Positions 13,856-27,665 of a stretch of DNA of 64,000 nucleotides are shown here, in pieces. Every line of letters starts with the position of its first letter. The stretch's first letter is position 1. Below the pieces are notes generated by a model. That model had not been told where the DNA came from, made no database searches, and saw only the letters and a program-made list of their open reading frames with translations. The position numbers and the translations under genes are program-made. The stretch covers positions 40,796,001 through 40,860,000 of the forward strand of contig OZ024743.1 of NCBI GenBank assembly GCA_964016885.1, given 5' to 3'. The DNA comes from Eledone cirrhosa. Lineage: Eukaryota.

Positions 13856-16800
13856 TTACTCTTTTACTCTTTTACCTGTTCCAGCCATCCGGCTGAGGCC
13901 ATGCTGGGGACCGCCCTTGTTGCAACACATTTTATCTCCAGCCTGTATTGGTGGGCCACTGGTGTAAGAGGGAGTTTGTTGCTGCTGCCCTTAGGTTTCC
14001 TTCGTGCCTTGCTGTGGGTTCATCCAGGATCCTGGATAGCAAGCTGTCGAGATGTTTCTTGAAGACATCCACTTCCACACCATGCAGATCTCTCAGATCC
14101 CCCGGCAGCTTATTGAAGAGTTGAGGGCCCTTGAATCCCAGGCTATTGCAATATCTGCTCCTTATTCTAGATGTGGAAGACGGGACCTTTGGCACCACAC
14201 AGTGACGTCCTGTTCGACGGTTGGTCCAGTTCCCAATACCAAAATTTGGTGCTAGTCCCTCCAGGATTTTCCACATGTAGATGACTGCGTATCTATCCCG
14301 TCTTCGCTCCAAGGAGTAGAGGTTCAGTTCTTTTAGACTCTCCCAGAAGCTTATCTCCTTTATCGTGGACATCGTCTTCGTGTAGCTTCGCTGGATTGCC
14401 TCAAGCTCCATGGTTCGTTTGACACTATGGGGTGACCACAACGGGGAACAATAGTCCAGGCGCCTTAGGACAAATGTCCTCCATAGTGTCAACATGGTGT
14501 CCCAGTCTCTTGTCCGGAAAGTCCTCAGGAACCAGCCAGCGAGTCGTCTTCACACTGTCGTCACTTTCATGACGTGTGAGGAAAAAGATGCATCATGGCT
14601 CATGTCTATACCCAGGTCTCGTATCGATTTTGACACGGGGATATCGGTCCCTCCTGGTCCTGCGTAACTGTGTTGTAGTGTATTTGTGTTTGCAGGTTTG
14701 TATTGTAGGGCTTGGAATGTGCCAGCATTAAACTGCATGTTGTTTTCTTCTGCCCATTTTTATATGGCATCCAGATCTTGTTGTAAAAGGGCAGCGTCAG
14801 CCGGATTTTTGATTGCCTGTGCTACCTTAGTGTCATCGGCATAGCTAGTGAGGGATGTTGTTGTATGTACTACAGAGGGCATGTCTGAGAGAGCCACTAG
14901 AACAGTAGTGGTCCCAGGACTGTCCCTTGGGGCACCCCACTTGTTATTGATGTTTCCTTTAAGAGGGCCCCGTTTGCTGCGACAGTCTAGCTTCTGTCCT
15001 TTAAGAAGTCATGCCGCCACTCACCTACATGTTTCCAGTTATGCCGAGTCCATGTAGTTTGTGACATATCATTCAGCGGTCGACCGTGTCAAAGGCCTTC
15101 GCAAAGTCAAGATACATCACGTCCACATGTGAGCTGTCTAGCAGTTGTTTCAGTACCCAGTCGTAGTGATGTAACAGCTGTGTAAGGCAGCTTCTTCCTG
15201 GGCGGAAGCCATGCTGCGAGTTAGTCAGGCGGTCATTTTCCTCGAGGAAAGTGATCAGTTTCTTTCTGACGACTCACTCCATGACCTTACTGATATGCGA
15301 CGTCAGGGAGACTGGCCTATAGTTTTTGGCCTCCGCTCTGCTACCTCCTTTATGGATAGGGCATATTGTGCCTTCTTTCATCTCCCTGGGTAGTATACCG
15401 CTAGCCAAGGACCTTCTGAAGAGCATCTTCAGTGGAGTTGATAAGGCCCGCTTACATGTTTTTAAGAGGACTGCTGGGAATGCATCAGGTCCAGCAGCTG
15501 AGTCTGTTCTAATTTCATCTATGGCGTATACCAAATCCTTCTCCGATATGTCTATATGGTTGATGGTCGCCATTTCTTCATGTAGTATTGTGGCATCTAA
15601 TAACTCCTCTGGCTTTGTTAATTGCATGTGCCTCAGTGGACATATGAACACACCTCTGTACTGTTCGTTTAGTATTTCACATATCTCTTGCGGATTCTCG
15701 GTTAATGAACCGTCTGTATGGAAGAGTGGCCCAATGTTGGAGTGTACCGAAGCAGTTAAATTTTGCAAATTTAAAGAAGGCCTTAGGGTTTGTTTTAATA
15801 TTTTCTATGGCCCTGCTTTCTTTCTGTGCCCCCTCATTTTCATAGGAAAGTGTGAGTGCAATCTCGGTGTCAAGTAGTACACGTTTCAAATAGGATTCCT
15901 TCTCATTTTTGTTTTCTTGTTGTGCATTCAACTGGTTTGAGAGCTTGGTTCTACGTCTCATAAGGATTTTCCTATCTCTGGGAATAAGATTTGTGTGTCT
16001 GTTTGCCTTTTTCTCCGGGACAAACTTTTTGCATATAGTGTGTATCGTTATCATGAAGTGTTGAAATTGTGTGTTGGTGTCTTGTGTAGCAGTGTTTTCG
16101 CTACATGTTTGCTTCCGGATTTCTATCTTGATCTTTTTCCAGTTAGCCTTGTAGAAGTTAAGGCTGAATAACGTCCCAGTGCTTCTTGATGGTTTTGTCT
16201 TTGTTGGTTCTCTCGGGCCACATATCATTAGTTCTACTACGTTGGTGTCACCTTTACATTGTGGACGAGCACTTCGTTGTTTGTAAAACAGAGGTCCAGG
16301 ACATTTTCCCCTCTTGTTGAGAGGAGTTCTATAAACAGCCTGTGTGTGAGGGCCAGCAGGGATTCCGTCTGTCTCTGTTCTATTGAAGTCATTCCAGGGA
16401 GGAGGTGGCCCTGAGGCGATTTGAGCTTTGGCAGGTTAAAGTCTCCCAGCAGTAGAATGTTCAGACCCTGGTCCAGTTTGTCAAGGACCTCTTCTATCCT
16501 ACTTAGGCTATCCTCAAATTTACCCTCATGATTGGGGGCATCGGGCGGCCGATATGTGACACATATTACTGTCTGTAGTTGCTTCATATGTACTATCAGT
16601 GTGTCACAGACTGAGTTTGAATGTGTCAACTACAATTGGTGAGACATATTCACGGATATACAGAGCAACTTCACCACGAGTTCTCTCCTTCCTGTCCGAA
16701 CGTAATACAGTATATTTCGGTATATGTATTTCTGTATCTGCTATACTGCTTGTCATGTGTGTTTCGGTGTGTGCCATGCATAATGCTTGATTGTTTATGG

Positions 16801-17760
16801 CTAAGTCTCCCAGGTAGGACATTTTATTCATGTTACTAAGTTTCACCAGGCCTCTGACTTTCAGCAGCAGCACTGGTGTGACTTTTGGGGTGCCAGTAAT
16901 GGCTGTCGGTATGAGACCTGGTCTGTTGTCAGCAGCGGCCACTCTGGGTCCCTTAATTGTGGTGGTCTCAAGTGCTTCTGTGGGTGACCCTGGCCCTGGA
17001 AACGATGCAGCTAGGTCAGCTGTCCCACAATCTTCTCTGCCATCACGAAAACATTTTTTCTGTTCTGCTGCTGCCAACTGTATCTTGTCGGCATGTGCGA
17101 GCCTTTTCCTTGTTGGCGCAGCACGCGCGACTTCAGTATGCTTCTGGAGCGACTTGTTTTGGCTTTGGCTGGGGCATGTTGCGCGAGCAGGATGGGCATA
17201 GTTCGTTTGGGACCTGGGGTGGGCGAATCTGCAGCCCATTCCTGTCTCTCCATGCCAGCAGGTCGTTCCTGAAGAACTTGCACATTACTTGGGTTTTCTT
17301 GCTGCCAGTGTGTCGGTGCTTTCTGTTTTTTCTTTGAACGGTTGTCCACTGGTACCTCTGCACTTGGTTCTCTTTCGGAAGGTGATTTCGCTTATCACCT
17401 TTACCGTTTGCTTGTCGGTTGCCCGGCCTGCCCTCCCTGACTGTGGGGGTGGGTATCTCATTTTCTTTCAGGTCCGTGCTTGTGCTTTCTTCCTTTTCTT
17501 TTTCCCCTCCTTTCTCTTCATTATTTTCCTCCCTGTGGTGCTATGAGGACATAGGCCTTCTCGATTTCTTTTCTTTTTCTCTCTATCTGCACCAGGGTCC
17601 TCAGAAACCCATGGCTCTTCAGGGTTTCCGCAATCTTTTTGCTTGGTGGTAAACCATCGGTCAGGCTCCACCCCTTGTTCAAAACCGTTAGTTCCATTTT
17701 TGACCAGTTTCGCTGACCCCTAAGTTGACCTCCTCCCTGCATGCAGTCCATTTCGCTGAG
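13856..17760 (-). mobile_element. Degenerate CR1-like LINE (ORF1 plus APE-RT ORF2)
   Basis: APE motifs TYRPP, LLLGDFNLP and ENVLDLCFTN; RT motifs NYRPVSLTSH, YLDFAKAFD and SYADD (about 14832-14846); C-terminal LYSLERRRDRY...KGPQLFN...FKKHLD; 3' tail ending (GTAAAAGA)n at about 13856-13880. Many frameshifts. Confidence 0.88.
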
Positions 17761-17819
17761 GAGGGGAGAAAGAACGATAGTGGGAAGGGTAGGGTAGAGG
17801 TTAGAAAGGGACAGAGAGA

Positions 17820-18169
17820 GAGATAAGTCCAGTGAGAAATTTAAGGAGTGATTTAGAGGGAAAGAGAGAGAGAGAAAGCTTGTGCGATCTAGAGAGAAAA
17901 AAAGAAAAAGAAAGAAAGAGGAGAGAAACGGAAGAGAGGAGCGAGAGATATAGCGGGAAGAGTGTGTGGAAAGGTTAGAGAGAGAGGGAGATAGATAAGA
18001 CCGGTCAGAAATTCAAGGTGCGATTTAGAGAGATATAGAGAGGGGGGGGCACGTGCGATCTAGAGAGAGAGATAGAGAGAAAAGAAGGCAGAAGGAGAGA
18101 GACAGCGTGAGAAATAGCAATGCAGAGGAGGCAGATAGATAAGTACGGTGAGAAATTAAAGGAGTGAAT

Positions 18170-18213
<44 letters not shown>

Positions 18214-18300
18214 ACACGTGTTATCTAGAGAGAGATAGAGAGAGAGAGACAGAAATAAGAGAGACAGCGTGAGAAATAGCAATGCAGAGAGAGAGAGTAA
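17820..18300. repeat. GA-rich degenerate tandem duplication (about 170-bp units)
   Basis: GTGAGAAATT..AGGAGTGA, GTGCGATCTAGAGAGA and GACAGCGTGAGAAATAGCAATGCAGAG each recur two or three times. Confidence 0.7.
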
Positions 18301-19077
18301 AAAGAACGGTCAAAGAGAACTATAAATATTAATAATTGATATCGTTCAACGAATATTTCGCGATTAAAACACCGAAACAAAGTGAAGAACCAACGATATC
18401 AACATGAAATATAAAAGGAGACAGAAAAAATTAAGATAAAAATAAAATAAGATAAATTTAAAGTAAATTAATTGAATGAAACCCAAATAAGTTAAAGATA
18501 TAGAATTATGAAGATTTATATAAGTTCTATATAAGTTCATTTCAAATGTAGGAATCGTTTGTCAACAAATATATATAACCCGAACCGTATATAGTGAACC
18601 GTAGTTATTGTAATATCAATATATCAAAAACAACAAAAAATACACATGCTCACCGAGTCTAAAATAAAAATAACATTATGTTAAAATATGTTACTCAAAA
18701 TAAAACAAAATAATACAAAATCTACTTAAATTAAATTAAATTATGTACTAGCTCCCTATACTCTGTATGGTAGACAAAGATTATATATAGATATAATATT
18801 ATATATATAGATATAACATTATATATAGATATTATATATCTATATATTGACTGACCTGTTTAGCTTGACTTGTTTTTTGGCTTAGGTGGCCTATAGCTTC
18901 TTGACCACCTTCTCAGTTTGTGTGGCCTTTAAAACTAATGTTTATTGCTCTAGTGTTTTAGACTATGGAGCGCTTGACAGCATGACTCGGAAGTTGCGTT
19001 ACGTTTCGCTTTTTCTTCACGCCGAAATGCGATTCTTGCTGAATTTATATATATATATATATATGATATAATTTCTT

Positions 19078-19340
19078 TAGGTCATTTTGGAAGCCTCAAC
19101 AATGCAGATGGGTAATTCTCCGGGTAACAAGATCCGGTGGTGAAGAGAGAGATGTAAGTGAATGTAGAATGAGATGTATAGTGTGAAGAAGAACGTCGGA
19201 AAGAGCGTAAAAAAAAAAATAATACCACGAGATAGAGTTTCCCTGGGAGAGATTTAATTGTACCTATAATTCAGATTCACATCCATCAACTGGGGAGTTT
19301 TCGTGGGGTGTTATCTCTCGCTTAGGAGCGATGCGTGTCC
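19078..19340 (-). mobile_element. Diverged solo pseudo-LTR of the Penelope-like family at 30860-33475
   Basis: Aligns by eye to 30918-31170 (TTTGGAAGCCTC..CAATGCA.ATGGGTAA..CTCCGGGTAACAA...ATTCACATCCATCAACTGGGG); flanked by (TA)n. Confidence 0.85.
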
Positions 19341-19343
19341 TCC

Positions 19344-19399
<56 letters not shown>

Positions 19400-19401
<2 letters not shown>

Positions 19402-19548
19402 ATCGTCTTCCTGTCTTCCTTCGGTTGCAACGTTTTTTGAAATATCCAGTTCTGCGTTTACAAATTGACTTTGTTAGTTTCAGAAGATCCCGTTAAGGGT
19501 GAAAGCAGCGATTCTTTGCTTAAACTTTAATCTGTTATTTTAATAAAT
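19400..19548 (+). mobile_element. Short dispersed repeat (copies at 26120-26187 minus and 37895-37955 plus) with a hammerhead-like half
   Basis: Shared TTTCAGAAGATCCCGTTAAGGGTGAAAGCAGCGATTCTTTGCTTAAACTTTAATCTGTTATTTTAA (the 37895 copy lacks the start), always next to (TA)n. Confidence 0.75.
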
Positions 19549-19581
19549 ATATATATTATATATATATATATATTATATATA

Positions 19582-19701
<120 letters not shown>

Positions 19702-19768
19702 ATATATATATATATTATATATATATTATATATATATATATATATTATATATATATATATATTATATA

Positions 19769-19834
<66 letters not shown>

Positions 19835-19986
19835 AGGAAGTTATATTTCACTTGAAGCATTGTGTAATGAGGTATAAACGTTTGAATTTGTAAAGTCAAA
19901 CAATGCAGGTATGGACATAGAATAAAAATGCAAATGCGAAAGATAGTGTTGACAATTAGTCTTTTACCTTAGATTTATTTAAATGT

Positions 19987-20021
19987 CCTTAATTTTCGAG
20001 ATAATATCTCTTCTTCAGAGT
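19987..20021 (-). ncRNA. Minimal type I hammerhead ribozyme motif
   Basis: ACT-CTGAAGA-A-GAGAT-att-ATCTC-GAA-AATT-A^AGG: intact core, 5-bp stem II and palindromic AATT stem III. Confidence 0.65.
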
Positions 20022-20847
20022 GATGTAAAGCGGTTAAACCAGTGTTCTAAATAGGTTGCCAAGTCATGCTGACAGGAAATGGTATAGAGTATCTGTTCTA
20101 TCTCTAATGTCAAAGAGTTAAGGTTAGGTGGATAAAGAGTAGTCTCCCTTTAAAAGGTTTTTTTTTGTACATGTCCGTTTAAGTGTGTGGGAGAATGCGT
20201 GAATGTGTAAGTATGTGTGTGTGTGTGTGTGAGTGTGAGAAGATATGTCTATACGTAAATGAGGGGGATAGATGTTCTCTGGTGTTAGAACTGGTCTTTG
20301 TGTGTGTATGTGTGTGTGAGAGAGAGAATAAGTGGAGGTGTAAGCGTGTGTGCGTGTGCGTGTGTGTGTATGTGGGGGTGTGTGTAAGTATGGGGCTAGA
20401 TGGTCTATCAAGTTATAAATTGGGTGTTGAGGTCTACTCAACACACAATTTATAACTTGATAGACCATCTAGCCCCATACTTACACCTCCCACACACACA
20501 CGCACACACACACACACACACACACGCGCTTACACTTCCACTTATTCTCTCTCACACACACACATACACACACAAAGACCAGTTCTAACACCAGAGAACA
20601 TCTACCCCCCTCATTTACGTATAGACATATCTTCTCACACTCACACACACACACATACTTACACATTCACGCATTCTCCCCCACATTTAAACAGACATGT
20701 ACCAAACAAACCCTTTTAAAGGGAGACTACTCTTTATCCACCTAACCTTAACTCTTTGACATTAGAGATAGAACAGATACTCTATACCAGTTCACGTCAG
20801 CATGACTTGGCAAGCTATTTAGAACACTGGTTTAACCGCTTTACATC

Positions 20848-20882
20848 CCTCCGAAGAAGAGATATTATCTCGAAAATTAAGG
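20848..20882 (+). ncRNA. Mirror copy of the hammerhead motif, with U4C
   Basis: CCT-CCGAAGA-A-GAGAT-att-ATCTC-GAA-AATT-A^AGG; stem I CCT/AGG is perfect. Confidence 0.55.
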
Positions 20883-21008
20883 ACATTTAACTAAATCTAA
20901 GGTAAAAGACTAATTGTCAACAATATCTTTTGCATTTGCATTTTTATTCTATGTCCATACCTGCATTGTTTGGCTTTACAAATTCAAACGTTTATATATA
21001 TATATATA

Positions 21009-21037
21009 TATGTAAATGTACATGCTTCGATGTACTT

Positions 21038-21071
<34 letters not shown>

Positions 21072-21102
21072 TAAAGTACATCGAAGCATGTACATTTACA
21101 TA
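21009..21102. repeat. Short palindrome with a (TA)n spacer
   Basis: TATGTAAATGTACATGCTTCGATGTACTTTAT ... ATAAAGTACATCGAAGCATGTACATTTACATA. Confidence 0.9.
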
Positions 21103-21329
21103 CAACAGCATATGATAATCGATGTGCTTAATATTCTATAATGCTCCTGCTTGTAGTATTTATACATAGTGTTGAGCGCTATATCAGTCTAACTACTAAC
21201 ACTGTTCAGTTAGCTTCCTCTTAAAGTGATATATATATATATATGTGTGTGAGTGTGTGTGTGAGTGTGTGTGTGAGGAGGGGAGGGGTATGTGTGTGAA
21301 TTTTTAAATATATATAATGTTGTGAATGT

Positions 21330-21610
21330 GTAGATGCAGTATGGTCGATTGGTTAAGAAATGGTATCGGAACCAGAAGGCTATGAGGTCAATCTCAACGC
21401 ATGCCATCTTTGACAGATCTCATTTACAATAGATACCCGTTGATTCAGGCTTTGTGAGTGACATTCAGAGTAAACGGAAACTATTTAGACACCTATTAGA
21501 TAGAAAGGAACAGTAACTCAAGGGACTAGCTTTTTCACATTATATCACGCAGAATCTTCCTGAGAACTACGCTATGATTGCATGGGTTTATGGAATGCTC
21601 AGCCACTTTC
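21330..21610 (+). mobile_element. Old, degraded tRNA-type SINE
   Basis: tRNA-like head TGGTCGATTGGTTAAG...GAGGTCAATCTC followed by a GCTTTGTGAGTG...GGAAACT body. Confidence 0.4.
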
Positions 21611-23445
21611 TCACCAATTACATATAGCTTCCTTGCATTGCAATATTATGGAGTTAACAGACTAAAAGAGGTGAATTAATATTGATCAGCTTTGATGTAT
21701 GGAACTCTGTTTTTTAAAGTAGTTTTCTCCCTTTAATACTTGCTTTTGTTTGTCAAGGTTATTCTTTTTTCACGTTGATCATCAATTGAAAGAATGATAT
21801 ATAATGTACAGTTAAACATATATTGCGTAATCTATTGTAACTTATAATGGGAGGGTTTTTGTTATAAAGGAAGGTGGTGTCAGCATGAAGACATTTATCT
21901 CGTAATTGTTAAAGAATACCTTGCACTAAAACAACGTTATTCAGAATACGCGCCTTTATTCTGAATCACGTAGTGTTAGTACTACCACTAATTGATTGTA
22001 GCCCATAACACCCGCATATATGTAAATGCACATCTGCATATAATTTGGAAAGATGTATATATAAGCTATCAGCTTATTTTGCCTCAGTACTAAGAGAGTT
22101 CACGTTACTTAAGTTAGATAATGTTCCAGTAATACTAGGTCACCGAGGAAGCTCTGACATGATGACAGGTTAAAATATCGACAGCTAGACATATGTGTGA
22201 GTTTGTTATATTTAGATACTTCTCTTAGAGAATATTGTTTAGACTCTTTGATAATACACTGCATTCTTCCTGATATAGTGAACAAATCAGTTTAATACTG
22301 ATTCACTAATTAGCAAGCGATCCATTAAATGGTAGTTGGTATTCTATATGCTCATTCAACCTGCCAAAAACAGTAACTAGACTAATATAGTCCTAAATAC
22401 ATTATGCCCGTAAATGATGAGTTAAGAACAGTTAGTCACTATTTCTGATCAAAAGCCTCTTCTCTACTCGATCAGGAACGAGTGGCTGTCTAACAGCTAC
22501 GATATTAACAACATCGACAGCAACAACAATTAAAAACAGCAAACGTGACCCACTGGAATCGACAACAAAAACAATTGCTTTTCTAAACCACAGGAACAGC
22601 GATCTTCAAATTGGGTACATTCCTTCCCCTACGGCATCAACATCAGGTTAAATTTCCCTTGATACATACACATGTACACAGCCGCGCACACACAATAACA
22701 CTCGCAAACGTGACCTCGACGGGATTTGAAATTAAATCAAAAAGCGAACTAAAATAAAGTCTGTAATGTGTATTGTACCATACACAAACGATACTGTCAT
22801 TCACCGCCTACGACAACTACAACAGTAATAATGATACAACTAATATAGGTGTTGATGGAGATAGTGATGGGGATGACGATGTTGATGATGGTGATGATAA
22901 TGATGGTGCTGATAATGATTGCAATGATAGACATGATGGCAGTGATGATGATGAAGATGATGATGATAAATAACAATATTCATTCAAATCCCATGTCAAA
23001 TGGATGTTGTATTCTGTTATATATGTTGTATTATGCTGTATAAGTTGTGTTTAAATTCTGTTTAAGTTCGAGTCTTGTGTTTCTAAGAAATCGATCAAAC
23101 ACAATTCAAACAGCATAAAATAAAATAAATTATATTATAAAAAGCTTAACGAAAACATAGAAACAGTAAATAAACTAAACAAGACGAAGAAGAATCGGCC
23201 GCAAGGGAAATAATCCTTTCATATCTTGACAACAGAAACTACACATAAGTAAATATTTTAGCAAATGTCTAAAGATTTATTCGGCAAGAAAGCACTAAAT
23301 TATTTGATTTCTGTTTAGAACTGCTTCTCTTGAGGGGTTTACACAACATTGATACCGACGAGAAGATAGATAAATAAATATATAAAATAAGAAAAATACT
23401 GTAAGATAAACATACAAATGTATAAAAATCCGCTAAGTTTACGTA

Positions 23446-23513
<68 letters not shown>

Positions 23514-23556
23514 GTATGTATATATATATGTATGTATGTATATATATATATATATG

Positions 23557-23717
<161 letters not shown>

Positions 23718-24132
23718 TACACACACACACATACATATATATATGTATATATAACAACGTAGAATCAATTTGTGTATAGTTTGGAGCAAACAATATCTTT
23801 TGATAGGTATACAACATCATCTAGCTAACACTTGATCTGATCTTTTTATGAGGATATTCTGACAGCATGATTAATATTTCAATGATGTTGATAATGATTA
23901 TGATCATGATAAATTATTATCATCATGTTGACCATTATTGTCCTTATAGGCATAAAGTAGGCTAGCTCGTAAGGATTTCTCTAGTTTATTAGTACAAAGA
24001 AGTCACTCTAGAATTATTAGGAAAGAATACTAGAAAACAACGCGGTGTGTTTGAGTGTTTCTACTGTCAGTAATGCAGGACATGAGCCATTACACGCATA
24101 CACATCCAGACCTACACACACGCACACGCACA

Positions 24133-24211
<79 letters not shown>

Positions 24212-24234
24212 GTAAATATGTATATATATATATC

Positions 24235-24318
<84 letters not shown>

Positions 24319-26267
24319 ATTATATATATATATATAGAAAGGGTAGGCTTCCACAGAATTTCCATCAACCAGAACGTCACTGGCAATGATAACCTACGGG
24401 GTATATTAGCATGTATTGAACACGAGAACCCATCTTCCGAAACAAAAGTTATACTGCACTTTTATCTTAAAGAGGTTACTGCAAATGTAAATTTACTTTT
24501 CATTTCTAAGAATTGGAAAGGCATTTCATTTAACCTAGCTGCAGTTCAGGTTGCTTCAGTCGACTCAGTTGAAAGCAAAGCCACAGCAGCTAGGGGCTGA
24601 CTTTCAACGCCCACGAAATAAGGATAAACTTCGGGCTTCTTTCAAGCCGAACAAGCGTGAAATCTGACGTTAAAAAAATTCAGACTCTCCGACACAAACA
24701 TTATTTTTAGAATTCATATCATTTCCATTCTCCCGTTCATAATTTGATCAGAGAACAAAGAGATAGGCTTAAATATAGAAAAATATAAATCCCTATATAA
24801 ATCAATATACAATATGTTTATGTAGAATAAACATACATTTACTCTCATATGTTTAATACATAAGAATATTCATTATGGATCTATTTTCACAATAATTCTT
24901 TGCTAGTTCTCTTGCCATTTAAAACTAACCAGCCAAGCTTGCACTAATTATAAATTAAGCTGAAAACAAAATGACATGTTACTTGTGCTAGGCTATATTT
25001 GGGGCAACATTAGTGGTGTGGTAAGGGATGACTTGTATACAAGGGCAACTGCTGGTCCTTTTCAGAACACATTGCCTAGAATTCTGATTTGTAGAGGAAC
25101 TCTCTTGTGGCAAACCTACAGTCAGTCATGAATGAAGGGGGCGCATTAATACTGTGTTTATTATACATAAACATAAGGTATACAGAATTATATAGGACTT
25201 TAAACTGAATCACTTTGTCTTAGTTCTATAGCTAGATAGCATTCAATTCTGTATTCCTTTATTCCTAGGTTCTCTTCAATTTACCTCCACCAATTAAGCA
25301 CTGTAAGATTGATATATAGAGCAAATCTAATTTCATTTGAACATGTTTTTTTGTCTTCAATCATATTTCCGGAATCATTGCGATTCTTCTTTGTTAGTGG
25401 ACAATTATGAAAACAAAAGACTCATTGGTGATGTTCAAATTTCATAAGTGATGTGAGATTAATGCTTGTATAATTAGCAGATAATTACATTAAATTATTT
25501 CTCATTGACTGGCAACAGAATCACGTGATTGGAGAAGTTATCGGTAAATCTAATAAAGGTATAGAAGTTTAGGATTTTTTTTACTCTGTGTAGTTTCTTT
25601 TTAAGTGAAAGCAAATACATAGAATATGAAATAATTTAATCAGCCTGAGGAACCATATGATGATGTCTATATTTAGAGAAAACTCCCCTCAATTTATAGA
25701 AGAAAATATATTGATGAAAATTTGACGAATTATTTTAAACAATTCACGGTTATATCAAGATCTGTACAACTATATTATTAGCATATTCAACTAAACATTT
25801 CCACACCGGTAGGCTATTTTATTACTCACATAAATTTCATCTTTATTTCCTTTTCCAGTTTACTTACTAAAGTGCAGTGCTCATAACACGTCTCAATATC
25901 TGCGTAAAGCAGAGATGTCCGTAGACCTAAACAGGCTGAATATATGCAACATAAGGAATACGGTTAAAATTACCATGCGACCGTCGTCATGTCATCGTGT
26001 AAAAACAGGATCATGAATTAAATCTCCTCCACCTGTACATATATTGTGAGGGGTCTGAGTTAATATAGACTTTAAAATTATAAAAACCGAATGTTAGTGT
26101 TATATATATATATATATATTAAAATAACAGATTAAAGTTTAAGCAAAGAATCGCTGCTTTCACCCTTAACGGGATCTTCTGAAACTCTTTGCATTTTTGT
26201 CTTCAAATTTATTATTATTATTACTATATATATATATAACGATTATATATATCTATATCTATATATA

Positions 26268-26396
<129 letters not shown>

Positions 26397-26399
26397 ACG

Positions 26400-26441
<42 letters not shown>

Positions 26442-26444
26442 ACG

Positions 26445-26474
<30 letters not shown>

Positions 26475-26482
<8 letters not shown>

Positions 26483-26677
26483 TAAAAAAATAATGAATAA
26501 AACAATGAAACAGTTCCTTATATTAAACAAAAAAAGTTCATTATTTAACGATCGTTTCTAGGATATATATGTGTTAGAATTGGCATGCATATTCAACAGA
26601 TCTATCTACAAAATTATACAAAATTTAATATAAGGAACTGTTTCATTGTTTTATTCATTATTGTTTATATATTTTAT
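26475..26677. repeat. AT-rich inverted repeat with arms of about 50 bp
   Basis: TAATGAATAAAACAATGAAACAGTTCCTTATATTAAA versus TTTAATATAAGGAACTGTTTCATTGTTTTATTCATTA. Confidence 0.85.
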
Positions 26678-26808
26678 CTTGACTCTGTATTCTGTTTATC
26701 TTTCACCGAAAGTGATTTTTCATTGCATCTCTTCTTTCCATGATATCCGGATTACATTGAGTTCTTCATACGGATTGGACACTACCGTAAACTCTTGGTA
26801 GATTTATC

Positions 26809-26902
<94 letters not shown>

Positions 26903-27504
26903 TATATAATGATTATATATATATACATTTTGATTTATATGAAATTTAAACCATAGCTAAATGACAAGATACGATGCCTATTCACAATATTTCAGTGAAT
27001 TTCAATAATATTAAGACACCATAATGGAGGTGCAATGTTTTTTCCTTATAGAAAAACTCCACCTCTCTGACAAAAATTTGTTCGCCTGACCAATGCAATC
27101 ACCAATATTTGCTTGTATTATTGTTTCGTAAACGAATTTGACTGCGCTCTCTTCATTATCTGCCCTATATGTTGATTTCGGTTTTGGTCTGAGAGGCATT
27201 TGGCATTTTAATGGGAACTGAGAATAGCCCCGCTCCCGCGTATTACAGGGTATCTCAGCTAGTATATATATATATATATATTGTATCTTGCGTCAAACTG
27301 CACTGGACTGGGCTTTGGGTTGTGCCAGATACTGTAACCCTGGGTCGACCAGCAATACCATTGGTAGGGGTCGAAACAGAGAAAGTCCATCTCAACAACC
27401 GATGCGCATGGAGTGATGTGACCTCCGTTTGTATTTTGATTTCCTTTTTGGTCTTAGAGGCATTGGGCATTGGGCATACATGCATATAAATATGTATATT
27501 ATAT

Positions 27505-27665
<161 letters not shown>

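Larger units (their letters stand above)
19873..20995. repeat. About 1.1-kb fold-back: two head-to-head Penelope-type pseudo-LTR arms of about 560 bp
   Basis: Arms are reverse complements centred on TTGAG-gtcta-CTCAA (about 20427-20441). Each arm holds a hammerhead motif. ORFs 20124-20468(-) and 20400-20588(+) mirror each other. Confidence 0.92.

Noticed and set aside
22773-23043. Asp-rich and Met-rich ORFs
   Set aside because: Degenerate (GAT)n microsatellite.
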